Assembly: GCA_051294375.1 (NCBI GenBank)
Contig: CM119264.1
Coordinates: 11,816,392-11,880,391, forward strand
Direction of reading: 5' to 3'
Source of the DNA: Paraspadella gotoi
Taxonomy: Eukaryota > Animalia > Chaetognatha
DNA: 64,000 nucleotides
Under the pieces are notes generated by a model. The model was not told where the DNA came from. It made no database searches and saw only the letters and a program-made list of their open reading frames with translations. Position numbers and translations under genes: made by a program. The first letter of the stretch is position 1. The number at the start of each line of letters is the position of its first letter. Shown piece after piece: positions 40,157 through 51,787 of this stretch.

Positions 40157-41797
40157 CTGGACCTACTGACATGATAACCATGACCTTTTATATCTTGTGA
40201 AATGGGAAGCATAAAGATATCTAAAAATTCCATCATTAAGTCAGTCAATGTACCCTTTCTAATGGGCTATTACGAGAAATATTTGTTTATTAATTAAAAT
40301 GGATAATAGAAATAGAAATTAAATCCTTGCTAATTTAAAAGAAAATTATCAATACAATTTAAACACAATGATGTCTTGCTTTGTCAAATATATTGCAGTT
40401 ATATAATTTTTTAAACTTTATTATGATAAACAAGCAGTCGTGTCAGCTTTTAGTTTGCAGTAAAGATAATGAAAAATGCTAATTTTTTTTTCACATACAA
40501 GAGGTAGATGTCCAGACGTTCATTCAAGCTGAAAACATTTTGTATTTATCATTTTTGAATTTAAAAACATTTTATCAGCTACAACCTAAATTTTTGCTTG
40601 TTTTTTTACTTAACTTAAAAATATAAGCAGTTTTATGGAATAAAGAAAATTAATATAATCAAAATGTAATTCAGTCTTTCCTTTTCAAATTACAAAGAAA
40701 ATAAAAAAATTCATATGCTTCATTAAAATTTTGTAAAGCAAAAAACTGTTATACTTTTAACTCTGATTTAAACAAAGCTGTATAAAATTTATGGATTTAA
40801 TTAATAAACTTTTTTAGAAAGGTGTCCAATGATTAGGGCTTTAATTTGATACCACACCCATCTTGCCTAGCTCTTTTCTTTCAAAAAGTTATTAAAAATA
40901 ATTTTTTTTCAAACTACGCAGTACATAATCTTTGTTAAATAAAAATTTTTGGCAAAAGCGGGAGTATCTCACTTATTTCTATGATACAATACTTAAATTT
41001 AAAATAAAACTTGAAGAAAATTTTTTGTCATTTAGAGACATATCACCTTTCAGATGGTACCCATTGTATAATAATTGATTATTATTTTCTTAAAAAAAAG
41101 CCAATAAAAACGTTGAAAAAAATTTTTTAAAATTGTTGGAAAAAAATTTTTTCAAACCTATGCTCATTGAGAATAATGGTTTTGATAGAAAATCAAAATA
41201 TCAAAAAAATAAAAATAATCAGCCTCTAGAAAAATTGAAAGGCTAGAGGCTGATTTTTTTAGAATTGCAAATTTTTTTCCTAACTCAAAAATCCATTTCT
41301 CTCAGTTTCAAATATTTTGTTTCCAAAATCATTCAATCAATTTTGTTTTTAATAATTTAAAATGTTTTTAATGATTTTTTTTTTTGAAAGAATTGAAAAA
41401 AAAGTGAAAAATATAATAATTATATAAGGTTTTTGAAATACCTCTAAAATATTAGATAATTAGATACAAGGGGAGTAAGCAGAGAAACTTCCCATTCATA
41501 AAAAAAATGAAAATGAATTGTCATATTTGTATTTAGATTAATTGACTATTACAAACATATGATTCAATAAATTGAGGACTGATGGGTAAAAAAAATATTC
41601 ATCTTGGTCTCGGTTAACTATTAAGTTATCGTTAAGTTTTGTTTTAATAATATAAATTTTTTTGCATTTATAAAGCAATTGGTCTAAAATTTTGTAAGCG
41701 TTTCGAGCTATATTGCTTCATATTTTTACTATTTTTGATCCAGTAGCTTCTTTTGTTAATGGTCAAGGGTTATGGTCAGACACAGTAAATGGTCCAG
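40157..41797. mobile_element. Nested degenerate TIR element (possibly Tc1/mariner-type, TA flank)
   Basis: CTGGACCTACTGACATGATAACCATGACC at 40157 is an imperfect inverted match to GGTCAAGGGTTATGGTCAGACACAGTAAATGGTCCAG|TA ending at 41797. Confidence 0.55.
40960..41495. repeat. Degenerate fold-back palindrome inside the nested element
   Basis: Perfect 13-bp stem AATCAGCCTCTAG (41217-41229) / CTAGAGGCTGATT (41243-41255). Patchy inverted similarity extends ~270 bp on each side. Confidence 0.6.
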
Positions 41798-43823
41798 TAG
41801 TGTATATCGCACATATTACCAATAAAGGAATAATCAATTAATTTGGCTCAGAAAAATTTTAAAGGAAAATCAGCACGAGACAGTACGCCACGTTATTTTT
41901 CTTGTGTCATACATACTTTATAAAGTTTCTTTTCGTTCTCCAGTCCCGTGTGACAGCAAAACAAACAAACGAAGATACTTTGTCTCTCTTGGACCGTGGT
42001 GACGTTCGAAACAAATCTTCAATGACGTAAGTCAATGTTTCCCCGTTAGGGCTAGCCCAACTTTTCGAGATTCAGGTGTAGAAAATAGTTAAAATAATTA
42101 AAATTACCATAATCAATATAACATAATCATTATTACTCTGATTCTAATACTTTTACCTTGAATATCAGATACCAAAAACATCTAATGACATTCAGAGCAT
42201 CCTAACTGTCTAATCGCAATTTGTGCAGCAGGTGAAAACCAGGTTTCCAGAATATGTCTGTGGCATGAGACTCCCCAATACGTCTTGAACGTCGGTTGTC
42301 AGTTGTCTTCGTCTGCAGGATGTCCGTTGGAGGTTGCAAGTTGTGTGTGTGGGGCTCGAGGATTTTGTGTGAGAAAACTAACAATAGACTTTACGATTAA
42401 AGACATTAAAAAAATTAGTGTTTTAAATAAAGTAATATAATAAAGTATACAAATTAGCAAGAACAAAGACAAAGATACAGGATAATTTGCTTAAATCAGA
42501 GAAAGAGAATTCAAATTTCAACTGAGATCTATTCTTCCGATCTCTTTTGTTTCGCTAAAAGTAATCAGAAGAACCGAAGATGCCGAAGTTTAGGATTAAA
42601 AATATCCATTTTATTTTTAGCCAAAATGTCGACGGAAATCTCCCCTGACAACCGGTACTTTAGGGTACATCGTAAATATGGTTGTTCATCTTGTCGAAGT
42701 TTACAAAAAAAAAAAAAAAAACCTTTCTGAGCGCTATCAACAAACCAACGCTCTACCCTTGAATAGAGCGCACCAGGATTGGCTAATTTTTCTGTGTAAC
42801 CCACCGCATTGGCTACATTTTTTTTGTGGGGACGACGTGCTAACTTTTTTTCAATATCCTTGGCTCTTTCTCCTCAATGCTCCGTCCGCTAGCGGAATGC
42901 TGTGGCTATGCACTCAGTCATTGAAATCCGGAAAAGTTCGATGAAATTCACAAACAAACCTGCCTGACTATCTGTGAGACGCAGTTTTCCCATCTGTGTA
43001 TTGTCAATTAAGCCGTTGAGTCAAAACGCCGAGAGCCAACCGCGCCCAAACCCTCCTGCGAGCCTTACCTAACCTATCCGCGCTTATTAACGATATTTTC
43101 ACTTCCCCCCTGACAAGGGGTCAATCGATTTGGGATTGTTTTTTAAAAAACGAACTCGAATCTAAACCGATTTTAAGCTTAAAAAATATATATAGTATTT
43201 TTCGTTTTTCCTCGCCGCTGGCAAGATCCCTCGCGCTCGCTGAATTTCAATTTCCGCGCCTTACCCTCCTGGCGCTCCCTTCTTTCGCTTCACCGAGGCC
43301 GGTCCCCACCTTTCCCGCGGTTCCACCAAGCGTCGGCCACGTCTTTTCGCGCGCGATTTGAAAGTCGCAATGACGTCGCGTTTTACTTATCGATCAGCCG
43401 GTAATCACCCGCGAAGAGAAAGAATAATAAATGGCCTTCTCGTTTCGCGATAAAGATTGCCATCGAGCGCGTGTAACAAACATGTTTTTTGTTACTTGGG
43501 TTGTTTATTTTTGTTTTGTGATTTCGGTTCGTGGTTATCCTCTATCATCCGCACGTTAAGTCTAAAGAATATCGACGAGAATTGACAAGAGCAAATTTTG
43601 AACAATTTCGTCCGATTTTTTTATTTTTACTTACATTTGTGCCAGATCTTCTCTTTTCGCACGTTTGTTGCTTCCTCTATTTGTATCCAATGAAAGACCT
43701 GAGGGCCCTTCTTTGCACTCAATCAAACTGTTTAATTTTAGTGTGTTTTTTTTGAGAAAGATAGCCTAAAAATTATTNNNNNNNNNNNNNNNNNNNNNNN
43801 NNCCCGCCATCCCGAAGACTTAC

Positions 43824-43887
43824 GTGAAGCTGCGAGGCCGAGGTCCAATCACTGGCCACCGTTGCGTGTTCGTACGCGTGAGTGGGT
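43824..43887 (-). CDS. Type I membrane protein gene, 64-bp juxtamembrane exon
   Basis: Acceptor CCCTTTTCAG, donor GTAAGT. The phase 2 start matches the TM exon (AG+A = Arg). Reads RPTHAYEHATVASDWTSASQLH and ends in phase 0, compatible with the 31504 exon. Confidence 0.8.
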
Positions 43888-44625
43888 CTGAAAAGGGCGG
43901 GAAAAGATGTGAAAGATGTGAAACAAGCGAAGGTAAAAAAAAAGTGAAAAGGAAAACCTTCACTTCTCCTTCAGTCTCGACGGAGTTTTCAGTGGAGCCG
44001 TATATCATGGTGAAGTTTTCAACGAAAAAACACGACAAAATATGAGGACCTAAAGTAGCTGACCCTATTATCTTAAAAAAGGATAAGACTGACCTGGAAC
44101 CAAACTTGGTGTTAAAAGGTTTCACCACCCGTCATTCGTCATTATTGGCCAGAAATACGAAATTAAACATATTTTTTTATCTATAGTAGTAACGAATAAT
44201 AAAGTGACATTTGCATTTTCCCTTTGTAATGGCATAATAAATAAGCTAAATTCTATTTTTAATAAGTCAATTTTTTTTTTATTTAAAAAAACCACGATGA
44301 CAGTGACAAGTGACAAAGCAGTCAAACATCTTTGAAATTTTCGTGGCTTAATAAAAATCAGTATTTTTAAACAAAAAATAAAAAGTTTTCCAATTTTTCT
44401 GCCTCAACAAAGTCACAAATCAAGAAATTATTTTACCAAGACAAAAGTTGGGCCTTTCATTCATTGTCCTTCGTTCAGTGCCCCGTTTAACTAAAAATAA
44501 TAAAGAGTACCTAAAACACCACTAATATAAAATAATAAGTAATACATAGAAACACTACAATATGCAAATGAGATTAAAACAATTCTTAGTGCGAACAATA
44601 ATTGCGTGAGAAAGGAGTCTCTCAC

Positions 44626-44810
44626 CTCGTCAATAAGCCCTTCCGGTGGAGGAGGAAGAGGAGGACGAGGAGAAGGACGATGATGACGGAGGAGACGACG
44701 ATGATGCCGGAGTAGAGAGGGTAAGCGATGAAGGGCGACAACGTCGTTCCCTTAGGATCACCCAGCACTAAATTCCCCAGCGCGTCGACGTGCGAGGCCC
44801 CGTCGAACTC
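44626..44810 (-). CDS. Type I membrane protein gene, transmembrane exon (5' end uncertain)
   Basis: EFDGASHVDALGNLVLGDPKGTTLSPFIAYPLYSGIIVVSSVIIVLLLVLLFLLHRKGLLT: a long hydrophobic helix plus basic HRK stop-transfer. Donor AG|GTGAGA. The upstream end runs into an inversion junction at ~44812. Confidence 0.82.
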
Positions 44811-44812
44811 TC

Positions 44813-46069
44813 AAAACCCCTCTTTGATTATTTCTAAAAAACTTTTTAGTTTGGAATTTTTTTTGGCGGTTAAAGTAGAATAAATTTTCTTGAACTTATA
44901 CTTCATGCCATTTTTTATGGACATAAATTTTTTTAACTATCATAATCTTTCTCTAAAACGAATATTGCTGTCACCCAACCTGCCACGAAAACATGAAAAA
45001 AAAGGGGAAAGTGACTACTTTTAAGATTCAAGGACATTCGTTTCACGTATTTTCACCGAAACAAAATTCCGAATTTAAATGAAGCGCCTCACAGTTTGAT
45101 GGAAATTTAAATAATTTTTGAAAATAAAAATTAACTTCCCATATGAGTGTGATCTCTCTCCTCCCTCTCTTCTCTTCCTCTCTCTCTCTCTCTCTTCTCT
45201 CCTCTCTCTCTCCCTCACCGCTTTCACTCCCCCTCTTTGTTTGTGACCTTCCTTTGCTTCTGCTTTGTCACGACACTTCAGGTTCGAAGACTTCACCAAT
45301 TCGCACTTCTTCTCCTGCTCAGCCTCCCTTCGTTTCTCGCTCGCTCCTTCTATCTTCCTTTTCCCACCCTCACCCATATCCGACTTTAGCTCTCGACCAT
45401 GCCTTAACGCCCCCTTAACGACTCTCCGACCGTGGCTCAGAGAGAGGCTGACTGTGCGCGATGGGCGGTGATACTTGTTACTCGTTCGGCCTTCGATTCG
45501 CTCTCACAACTTAGAAACACCCATTTGATTTTGAATCCGGCGCCGATTCGAAGAAGGGGTTTATCTCTTTTATCTCTCCTCCTCTCTCTGCTCTCTCTCT
45601 CTCCTCTCTCTTCTCTTCTCTCTCTCTCTCTCCTCTCTTCTCCTCTCTCTCTCTCTCTCGTTTCCACTTCTTTTCTTTAAACGCCATCGCCCCTCCTCCT
45701 CCCCAACCCAACTTATAACCTCTTCCCATCCCTACCCGCCTTTCCCCCTTCTCCCCCGCCCCTCCCCCGCAGACAACCCGCNNNNNNNNNNNNNNNNNNN
45801 NNNNNNGAACTCGCCCCGGATTCAAAACATGTCAATTGTGAGAGCGAATCGACGTCACAAAGTAACAAGTATCACGCGCAATCTTCGCGCGCAGCGGCGC
45901 TTTGAAGGCTCACGTCTGGGAGTTTGGGTGAGGTTGGGGAGAAAGGAAGGTGAGGTGAAGGAGAAGAGCGGAGAACGAAGGGAGGCAGCGAGAAGAATTG
46001 CGAATTGTGAAGCTCGACTTTCGTACAAAGAACGAGGTCACAAACAAAGAGAGGGGAGTGAAAGCGTGA

Positions 46070-46128
<59 letters not shown>

Positions 46129-46445
46129 GTCATGGGGAATTAAATTTTTATTTTTCAAATTATTTAAATTTCCATTCCACACTCGTGAGGCGCTTCATTT
46201 AAATTCGGAAATTTTTGTTCGGTGAAAATCCGTGAAACGAATGTCTTGAATCTTAAAGTAGTCACTTTCCATTTTTTTATGTTTTCGGTGGCAGGTTGGG
46301 TGACAGCAATATTCGGTTTTTAGAGAAAGTTATGATAGTAAAAAAATTTATGTCATAAAAAAATGCATGAAGTATAAGTTTCAAGAAAATTTATTCTACT
46401 AACCAAAATCAAACTAAGTTTTTAGAATAATCAAAGAGGGTTTTT
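44813..46445. repeat. Inverted duplication (arms ~44813-45550 and 45807-46445) around a 25-N gap
   Basis: AAAACCCCTCTTTGATTATTTCTAAAAAC at 44813 is the reverse complement of ~46418-46445. The left arm becomes noisier towards the gap at 45782-45806. Confidence 0.88.
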
Positions 46446-47303
46446 GCCCTGATTGCAATTTCGCCGTTGGTAATTAAATGAAAAAAAGACACATTTCAAT
46501 GATTGACTTGTGAAATCGTTTTAATTCTTCATGATTATTTTTCGAAGCGAATAAACTGGGAGAAAAACAATTAATGTCAATACTAGTATTGAATCTGTAT
46601 TTGTTTATTTAATTAAAAAAAGTTATCATTTGCGATTGCTCCTTTTTCACCATGAACAGAAAAGGAGAGAGAGTCATAAATAACTTTCTTTCGTTTTCCC
46701 ATTAAAAATGAAAAGGAAAAAAAAAAGCGCCAGGGAAAAATTCGCATGGGCATATATCCTTCTATGAAGCTGGAGCGAGTTGACCCCTGCTCATGACCTT
46801 TAGGTTGGGTTCGCTTAATCTAGAATTATTCTGGCCCCAATAGGGATCTGGAAGAGGGGGGTGCTTACTTGATAATTATGTAGTTTTTTTTTCTTCTCTC
46901 TCTTCCTCCTTTTTTTTTCCTTACCATCGAACCAACTTTTTTTCGGGACGACACGGACTCACTCTGTCCCTTTAACATTCTTTCCTTCCTTTCCTTCTTC
47001 CTTACTTTCCTTACTTTCCGATTTTTTGGACTTTCTTTATTTTTATCCTTAATGTTTGGAATCCTCGAAAGTTTACGTACAGCGAAATTGTACATACATG
47101 GGTTGTACCTTTTTCCTCTTTTGACTCTTGAGAACACCCTCTGAAAACTAAAATTTTTTTTTCTTTTTGCCGAAAACCAATTTCGTTTTTCCAGTTTTTC
47201 ATCTTCTGCAACCAAATTACTGAAAAAAGAAATTCGATTTAATTTGTCGCGAGCGAATCGAGTCTCTTTGGTCTCGACGCTCGGGTCCCGACTCTCTCTC
47301 TCT

Positions 47304-48001
47304 NNNNNNNNNNNNNNNNNNNNNNNNNNNNNNNNNNNNNNNNNNNNNNNNNNNNNNNNNNNNNNNNNNNNNNNNNNNNNNNNNNNNNNNNNNNNNNNNN
47401 NNNNNNNNNNNNNNNNNNNNNNNNNNNNNNNNNNNNNNNNNNNNNNNNNNNNNNNNNNNNNNNNNNNNNNNNNNNNNNNNNNNNNNNNNNNNNNNNNNNN
47501 NNNNNNNNNNNNNNNNNNNNNNNNNNNNNNNNNNNNNNNNNNNNNNNNNNNNNNNNNNNNNNNNNNNNNNNNNNNNNNNNNNNNNNNNNNNNNNNNNNNN
47601 NNNNNNNNNNNNNNNNNNNNNNNNNNNNNNNNNNNNNNNNNNNNNNNNNNNNNNNNNNNNNNNNNNNNNNNNNNNNNNNNNNNNNNNNNNNNNNNNNNNN
47701 NNNNNNNNNNNNNNNNNNNNNNNNNNNNNNNNNNNNNNNNNNNNNNNNNNNNNNNNNNNNNNNNNNNNNNNNNNNNNNNNNNNNNNNNNNNNNNNNNNNN
47801 NNNNNNNNNNNNNNNNNNNNNNNNNNNNNNNNNNNNNNNNNNNNNNNNNNNNNNNNNNNNNNNNNNNNNNNNNNNNNNNNNNNNNNNNNNNNNNNNNNNN
47901 NNNNNNNNNNNNNNNNNNNNNNNNNNNNNNNNNNNNNNNNNNNNNNNNNNNNNNNNNNNNNNNNNNNNNNNNNNNNNNNNNNNNNNNNNNNNNNNNNNNN
48001 N
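47304..48001. other. Largest sized assembly gap (698 N)
   Basis: N run. Other sized gaps: 19403-19547, 53127-53184, 53448-53617, 54049-54193, 54278-54417, 63245-63515. Most abut microsatellites. Confidence 0.99.
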
Positions 48002-49000
48002 AGACAGAATTAAAAATAAAAAAAATGCGTTTAACAAAAAAGTGGAGACTGGGGACTGGGAAGAGATCAGGGTCATGTATTCAGGACTTGGCTTGGTTAC
48101 TGTAGTCCTACTAAGACAAGGTAGGACCTTAGGTAGGTAGATGGAAAAAAACGGAGGCTGTTTTTTTTTTTTTCGCTCCGTCGCTGAAAATTCAATTTCT
48201 CTTCTCAACGACCGAAGACGAAAAGTTTTTCAACCAAACGCAAAAAGCTTTTTTCTTTTAGGGGGAGAGAAAGCACGGTTTATCTCCGTATCTTTGTAGC
48301 CGATTGGGAAAAAAAAACAGTGTTTGCGTCGTCGTAAGTGGCTTTTTTTTTTTTTTAAAAAGGAGAGAGGGGAAGAAAGAGAGACAGGGGGGCGAAAAAA
48401 AACCGGCGAATAAAAAAAATGATTAAATGGAAAAAGTAAACAAACTAGGATGGAGGCACAAACGCTCACTCGTCGCTGTTGGCCTCACGTGGCGCGAATA
48501 AAAACGTTTTTGTAAAGACGATTTGGGGAAGGAAAAAAATGAAACACAATTTTAACTCAATTTTAATTTAAAGTGGAATAAACAAAGGCTCAATCATTAT
48601 TTGGAATGGTAGTATAATTGTTAAGTTAATTTAACTTGGTAAACAATTTAACCGAGATTTCATTTTTGGATTTCTGTCAGGAATTCGTCTTCAACTACAT
48701 ATGTTAAGATTTTTAAACTAATATTTATGAACATTTGAACGCGAGGCGGAACCAAAAATCCTTAAATATTTTTTTCTGAGAGACATTGAATACCAATATA
48801 TCAAATAGACGAGCCTTTTTTTGAATAGAGTTTCGAAAAAAGTCAAACATGATAAGAAAAATAAAGAAAAGCTAAGAAAAAAAAGAAAGAAAAAAAAAAG
48901 AAAAAAAAAAGGAAACGAGAATAAAATGATGACGGGTTTTCCCTCTTCACCTTTTTTTCGTTTCACCCCCCCTTCCCTCCCCCCCTCTCCCTTTCCTCAC

Positions 49001-49448
49001 ATTTCAATCTGCTGAGATCTGAGCAGCTCGTCGGTCGAGGTGGTCAGTCGGATGAAGGCACGCGACAACACGAGACCAAAGTGATTGAATCTCACTTCCA
49101 CCGTGAAGGCCGGCGATTGCCCGCCCCCGCGCCCGCCCCCTAGGACGTCCATCGGCCCGAAGGGGTTCGAAGAGGAGGAGGAGGAAGGGCCGGGCAGGCG
49201 TGGCGGGCGGGAAGGGACCGAGGGGGTCGGCGATCCTCGCGGGGTGCCGAGGACCCGGGCGGGTGCCTGAGTGGCGCTCGACGAGGAGGCAGAGGAGGCA
49301 CGTTGGATGGGATGGAATAGGGGGAGGAGGCGAGGAGGAGGAGGAGAAGAGGAGAAGGAGGAGGCGAGGTGGTGAACGGTGTGGACGGATCGCTGGAAAT
49401 CGAGGAGGAAATAAGGAAAGTTACTGTCGTGGCGAAGGGACGTGGTCA
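49001..49448 (-). CDS. 448-bp internal exon, Ser/Pro/Gly-rich, probably extracellular part of the type I membrane protein
   Basis: Acceptor TCAATTTCTACAAG after a CT tract, donor AT|GTGAGG. 148 uninterrupted codons (TTSLRHDSNFPYFLLDFQRSVH...AFTVEVRFNHFGLVLSRAFIRLTTSTDELLRSQQIE), GC-rich. Linkage to the TM exon is inferred from strand and position. Confidence 0.65.
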
Positions 49449-51727
49449 CTTGTAGAAATTGATTGCCCTGACTGAGACGAGAGAGAGAGAGAGCAGAGAG
49501 AGGGAGAGATAGCAGAGAGAGAGGAGAGAGAGAGAAGAGAGAGAAGAGAGAGAGAGAGAGAGAGACAGAAACGGGAAGTTGTAATTTCTTTTGATCTAAT
49601 CTTGAAACTAGTCCCGGCCGCTGGTAGCCCGGCTGCCCGAGATAGAGTGAGAGAGAAGGACAGAAAAAAAAAAAGAAAAGAGAGAGAAAGAGAGAGAGAG
49701 AGAGAGATGAGTCAGAGAGATAGAGACTGAGTAGAAGATGACGAGAGAGAGAGAAGAGAAGAGTAGAGAGAGAAACAGAGAGAGAGAGAAAGAGAGAGAG
49801 AGAAAGTGGGGTCTCCAATGTTCATTAAAGGATAATGTTTGGAACTCCCGGTGATATCAATTCTGTTTCTTGGGGGAATTATCGCGCAGGTTACCCTTTT
49901 TTTTTTTTCCAAATTGACTTTTACTGAAGTCTCCAGGATGAAATCCGACGCGAAAAGAGTTTTTTTTTTTTTTTCTTTTTTTTTTTTTTATGTTTTCCTC
50001 TAAATTCGATTTGGTCGCTTTGAGTAGAGATAAACAAACTTCGTTGGTTGCTTTGGGGAACGCCGTTTGCGACGTGTCGGCAGCTCGGCAAGACGGAGGC
50101 GGGACGCCGAGTGACAAGATTAGCGACACGTATGTTTTTTTGTTTTGTTTTTTAATTCCGTCACTTAATCGATTTACTTTGTTTACTTTTTTAGGTGATA
50201 ATATACAAAGGTCATTCAGTAGCGGCGAGAAACGATGTTAAATTGCTTTTTCAGAGTTTAAAAATACATGGAAATTCTCCTACAGCTTGTTTTTTATCTG
50301 CTGCCATTGTGTAGTGCAAGAACTTTGATATATATGAAATGGCTACAACCAATATAAAAATGTATCCATTCATTTAATAGATATAGGCTATCTGCCCCTG
50401 ACTTTGGACAGGCTTTGGTGGTTAAGGGCCTCCATCACTCTCACAAGATAATGACATAGCAGGTCCCAGTTCGTTATTCACCCCAGAGTACCTCCATCGG
50501 GTATAATATTCAAAAAGAAGTTTCAATTGTATGTAAAGACCACTCACTTAAGTATTGGAAGTATAAGTATAAGTAAGTATATTAGAACTTCTCTTTAGAT
50601 AACAGCTATAAGTACTCAATACATATAAACACCCTGTCCTATACTTTTACGCCTTCTTTTACCTTTTTTCCATCTCCCGTCTTCAGAAAAGACAGCAATT
50701 CAAACCTCCAATACCTTCCGCCTTCTCGGTTCTCTGTCATTTTAAAAGGTGCAAAACCTTTGTTTTTCCTCTGCCTTTCTCCTTCCATCCTCTCTCTTTT
50801 TTTCTCCGCTAAACGTCTCTCGCTTAGCGAACATCAAATACCTTTTCCGTCTTTTGTTTATTGGAGTTTGTTTTGTCTTCGTCGTCCAGGTTCTCCTTTC
50901 TTCCGCCAACGGCGCCGCGATCTCGTCTATAAACAGGTGGAGAGGATGTACACAAAAGATGAGGGGGGAAAAAGCGGTAAAGGGAGGGAGGGAGGGAAAA
51001 ATAAAACAAACTGTTAGACTGGTTTCCCGGCGGGAGGGTTGAAGAAAATGGTAAAGAAGGTGTAGAAAATTGACAGGGGAGGTGGGGAGTTTATAAACAT
51101 CATTCGGGCGAACTTTTGAGAAAACTACTCGTCAATTCTTATAAATACTATCTGTCTATCATTTTTTTAAAGTTTTCTCTTCTTAGTCCCTGGTAGAAAA
51201 CGGAAAACGGCAATCTTTGAATCTGGAAGGTATTGATAAAAAGGGGAAAAAACAGGACAAACCCAAAATGGATACTGAAAGAAAAGTATAAAAAAAAGAA
51301 AAGATTCGCTACAAGCGTTAGATGGAAGAGGATGGGAGAAAAATTTATGCTAACTGAAGGAAAAAATTCTGGTTCCAAGGGATTTGATTTTTGTGAGGAA
51401 GTTCCGTATCTCTCTTCCCGTCTCGATATTTTTTTTTTGTCTTTCGTGTCAAAATGTCAAGAAATTTAAAAGAAAAAATCCGCACCGGTTGTCGTGTTTG
51501 TTTGTTTTGGTTTAACTTCTTTAACGTTCTTAAGTTTTCAACAAACATTCTTTAGAAAAATAAAAAACTTACCCAGATTTTTCTTTTCGACGAACGCGAA
51601 TATCTGAAGGGAACGTCGAGGGCGAGAGAATTTCTGAATCAACGAAAAAAAAGGGAGGCGGGAGGGAAAGCCATAGAGGGTGTGAGATTAATCGAAACCT
51701 TAATTTCATTCTATGACGTAGAGACAG

Positions 51728-51787
<60 letters not shown>

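Larger units (their letters stand above)
39705..41908. mobile_element. 2.2-kb non-autonomous TIR DNA transposon with probable 4-bp TSD (Sola-like, tentative)
   Basis: ~36-bp TIRs GACACAATGAAAAATAACGTGGCGTTATTGTTCCGTGC / GCACGAGACAGTACGCCACGTTATTTTTCTTGTGTC. Flanks A(c)TAC...ATAC. The empty site with one fewer ATAC is visible in the other arm at 29071-29074. No long ORF inside. Confidence 0.88.
34418..43777 (-). repeat. Large inverted duplication, right arm (noisy; ends at a 25-N gap)
   Basis: Indel-rich reverse complement of 27248-34198. Mirrored exon copies (e.g. ~37073-37227) are frameshifted. Confidence 0.93.

Noticed and set aside
37073-42240. A second, + strand copy of the receptor-like gene's 3' exons
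   Set aside because: It lies in the noisy mirror arm and is frameshifted, so it is the same locus seen on another molecule.
46865-48208. 447-aa and 298-aa ORFs, and other X-containing ORFs at 53-54 kb and 63 kb
   Set aside because: Their length comes from N gaps.
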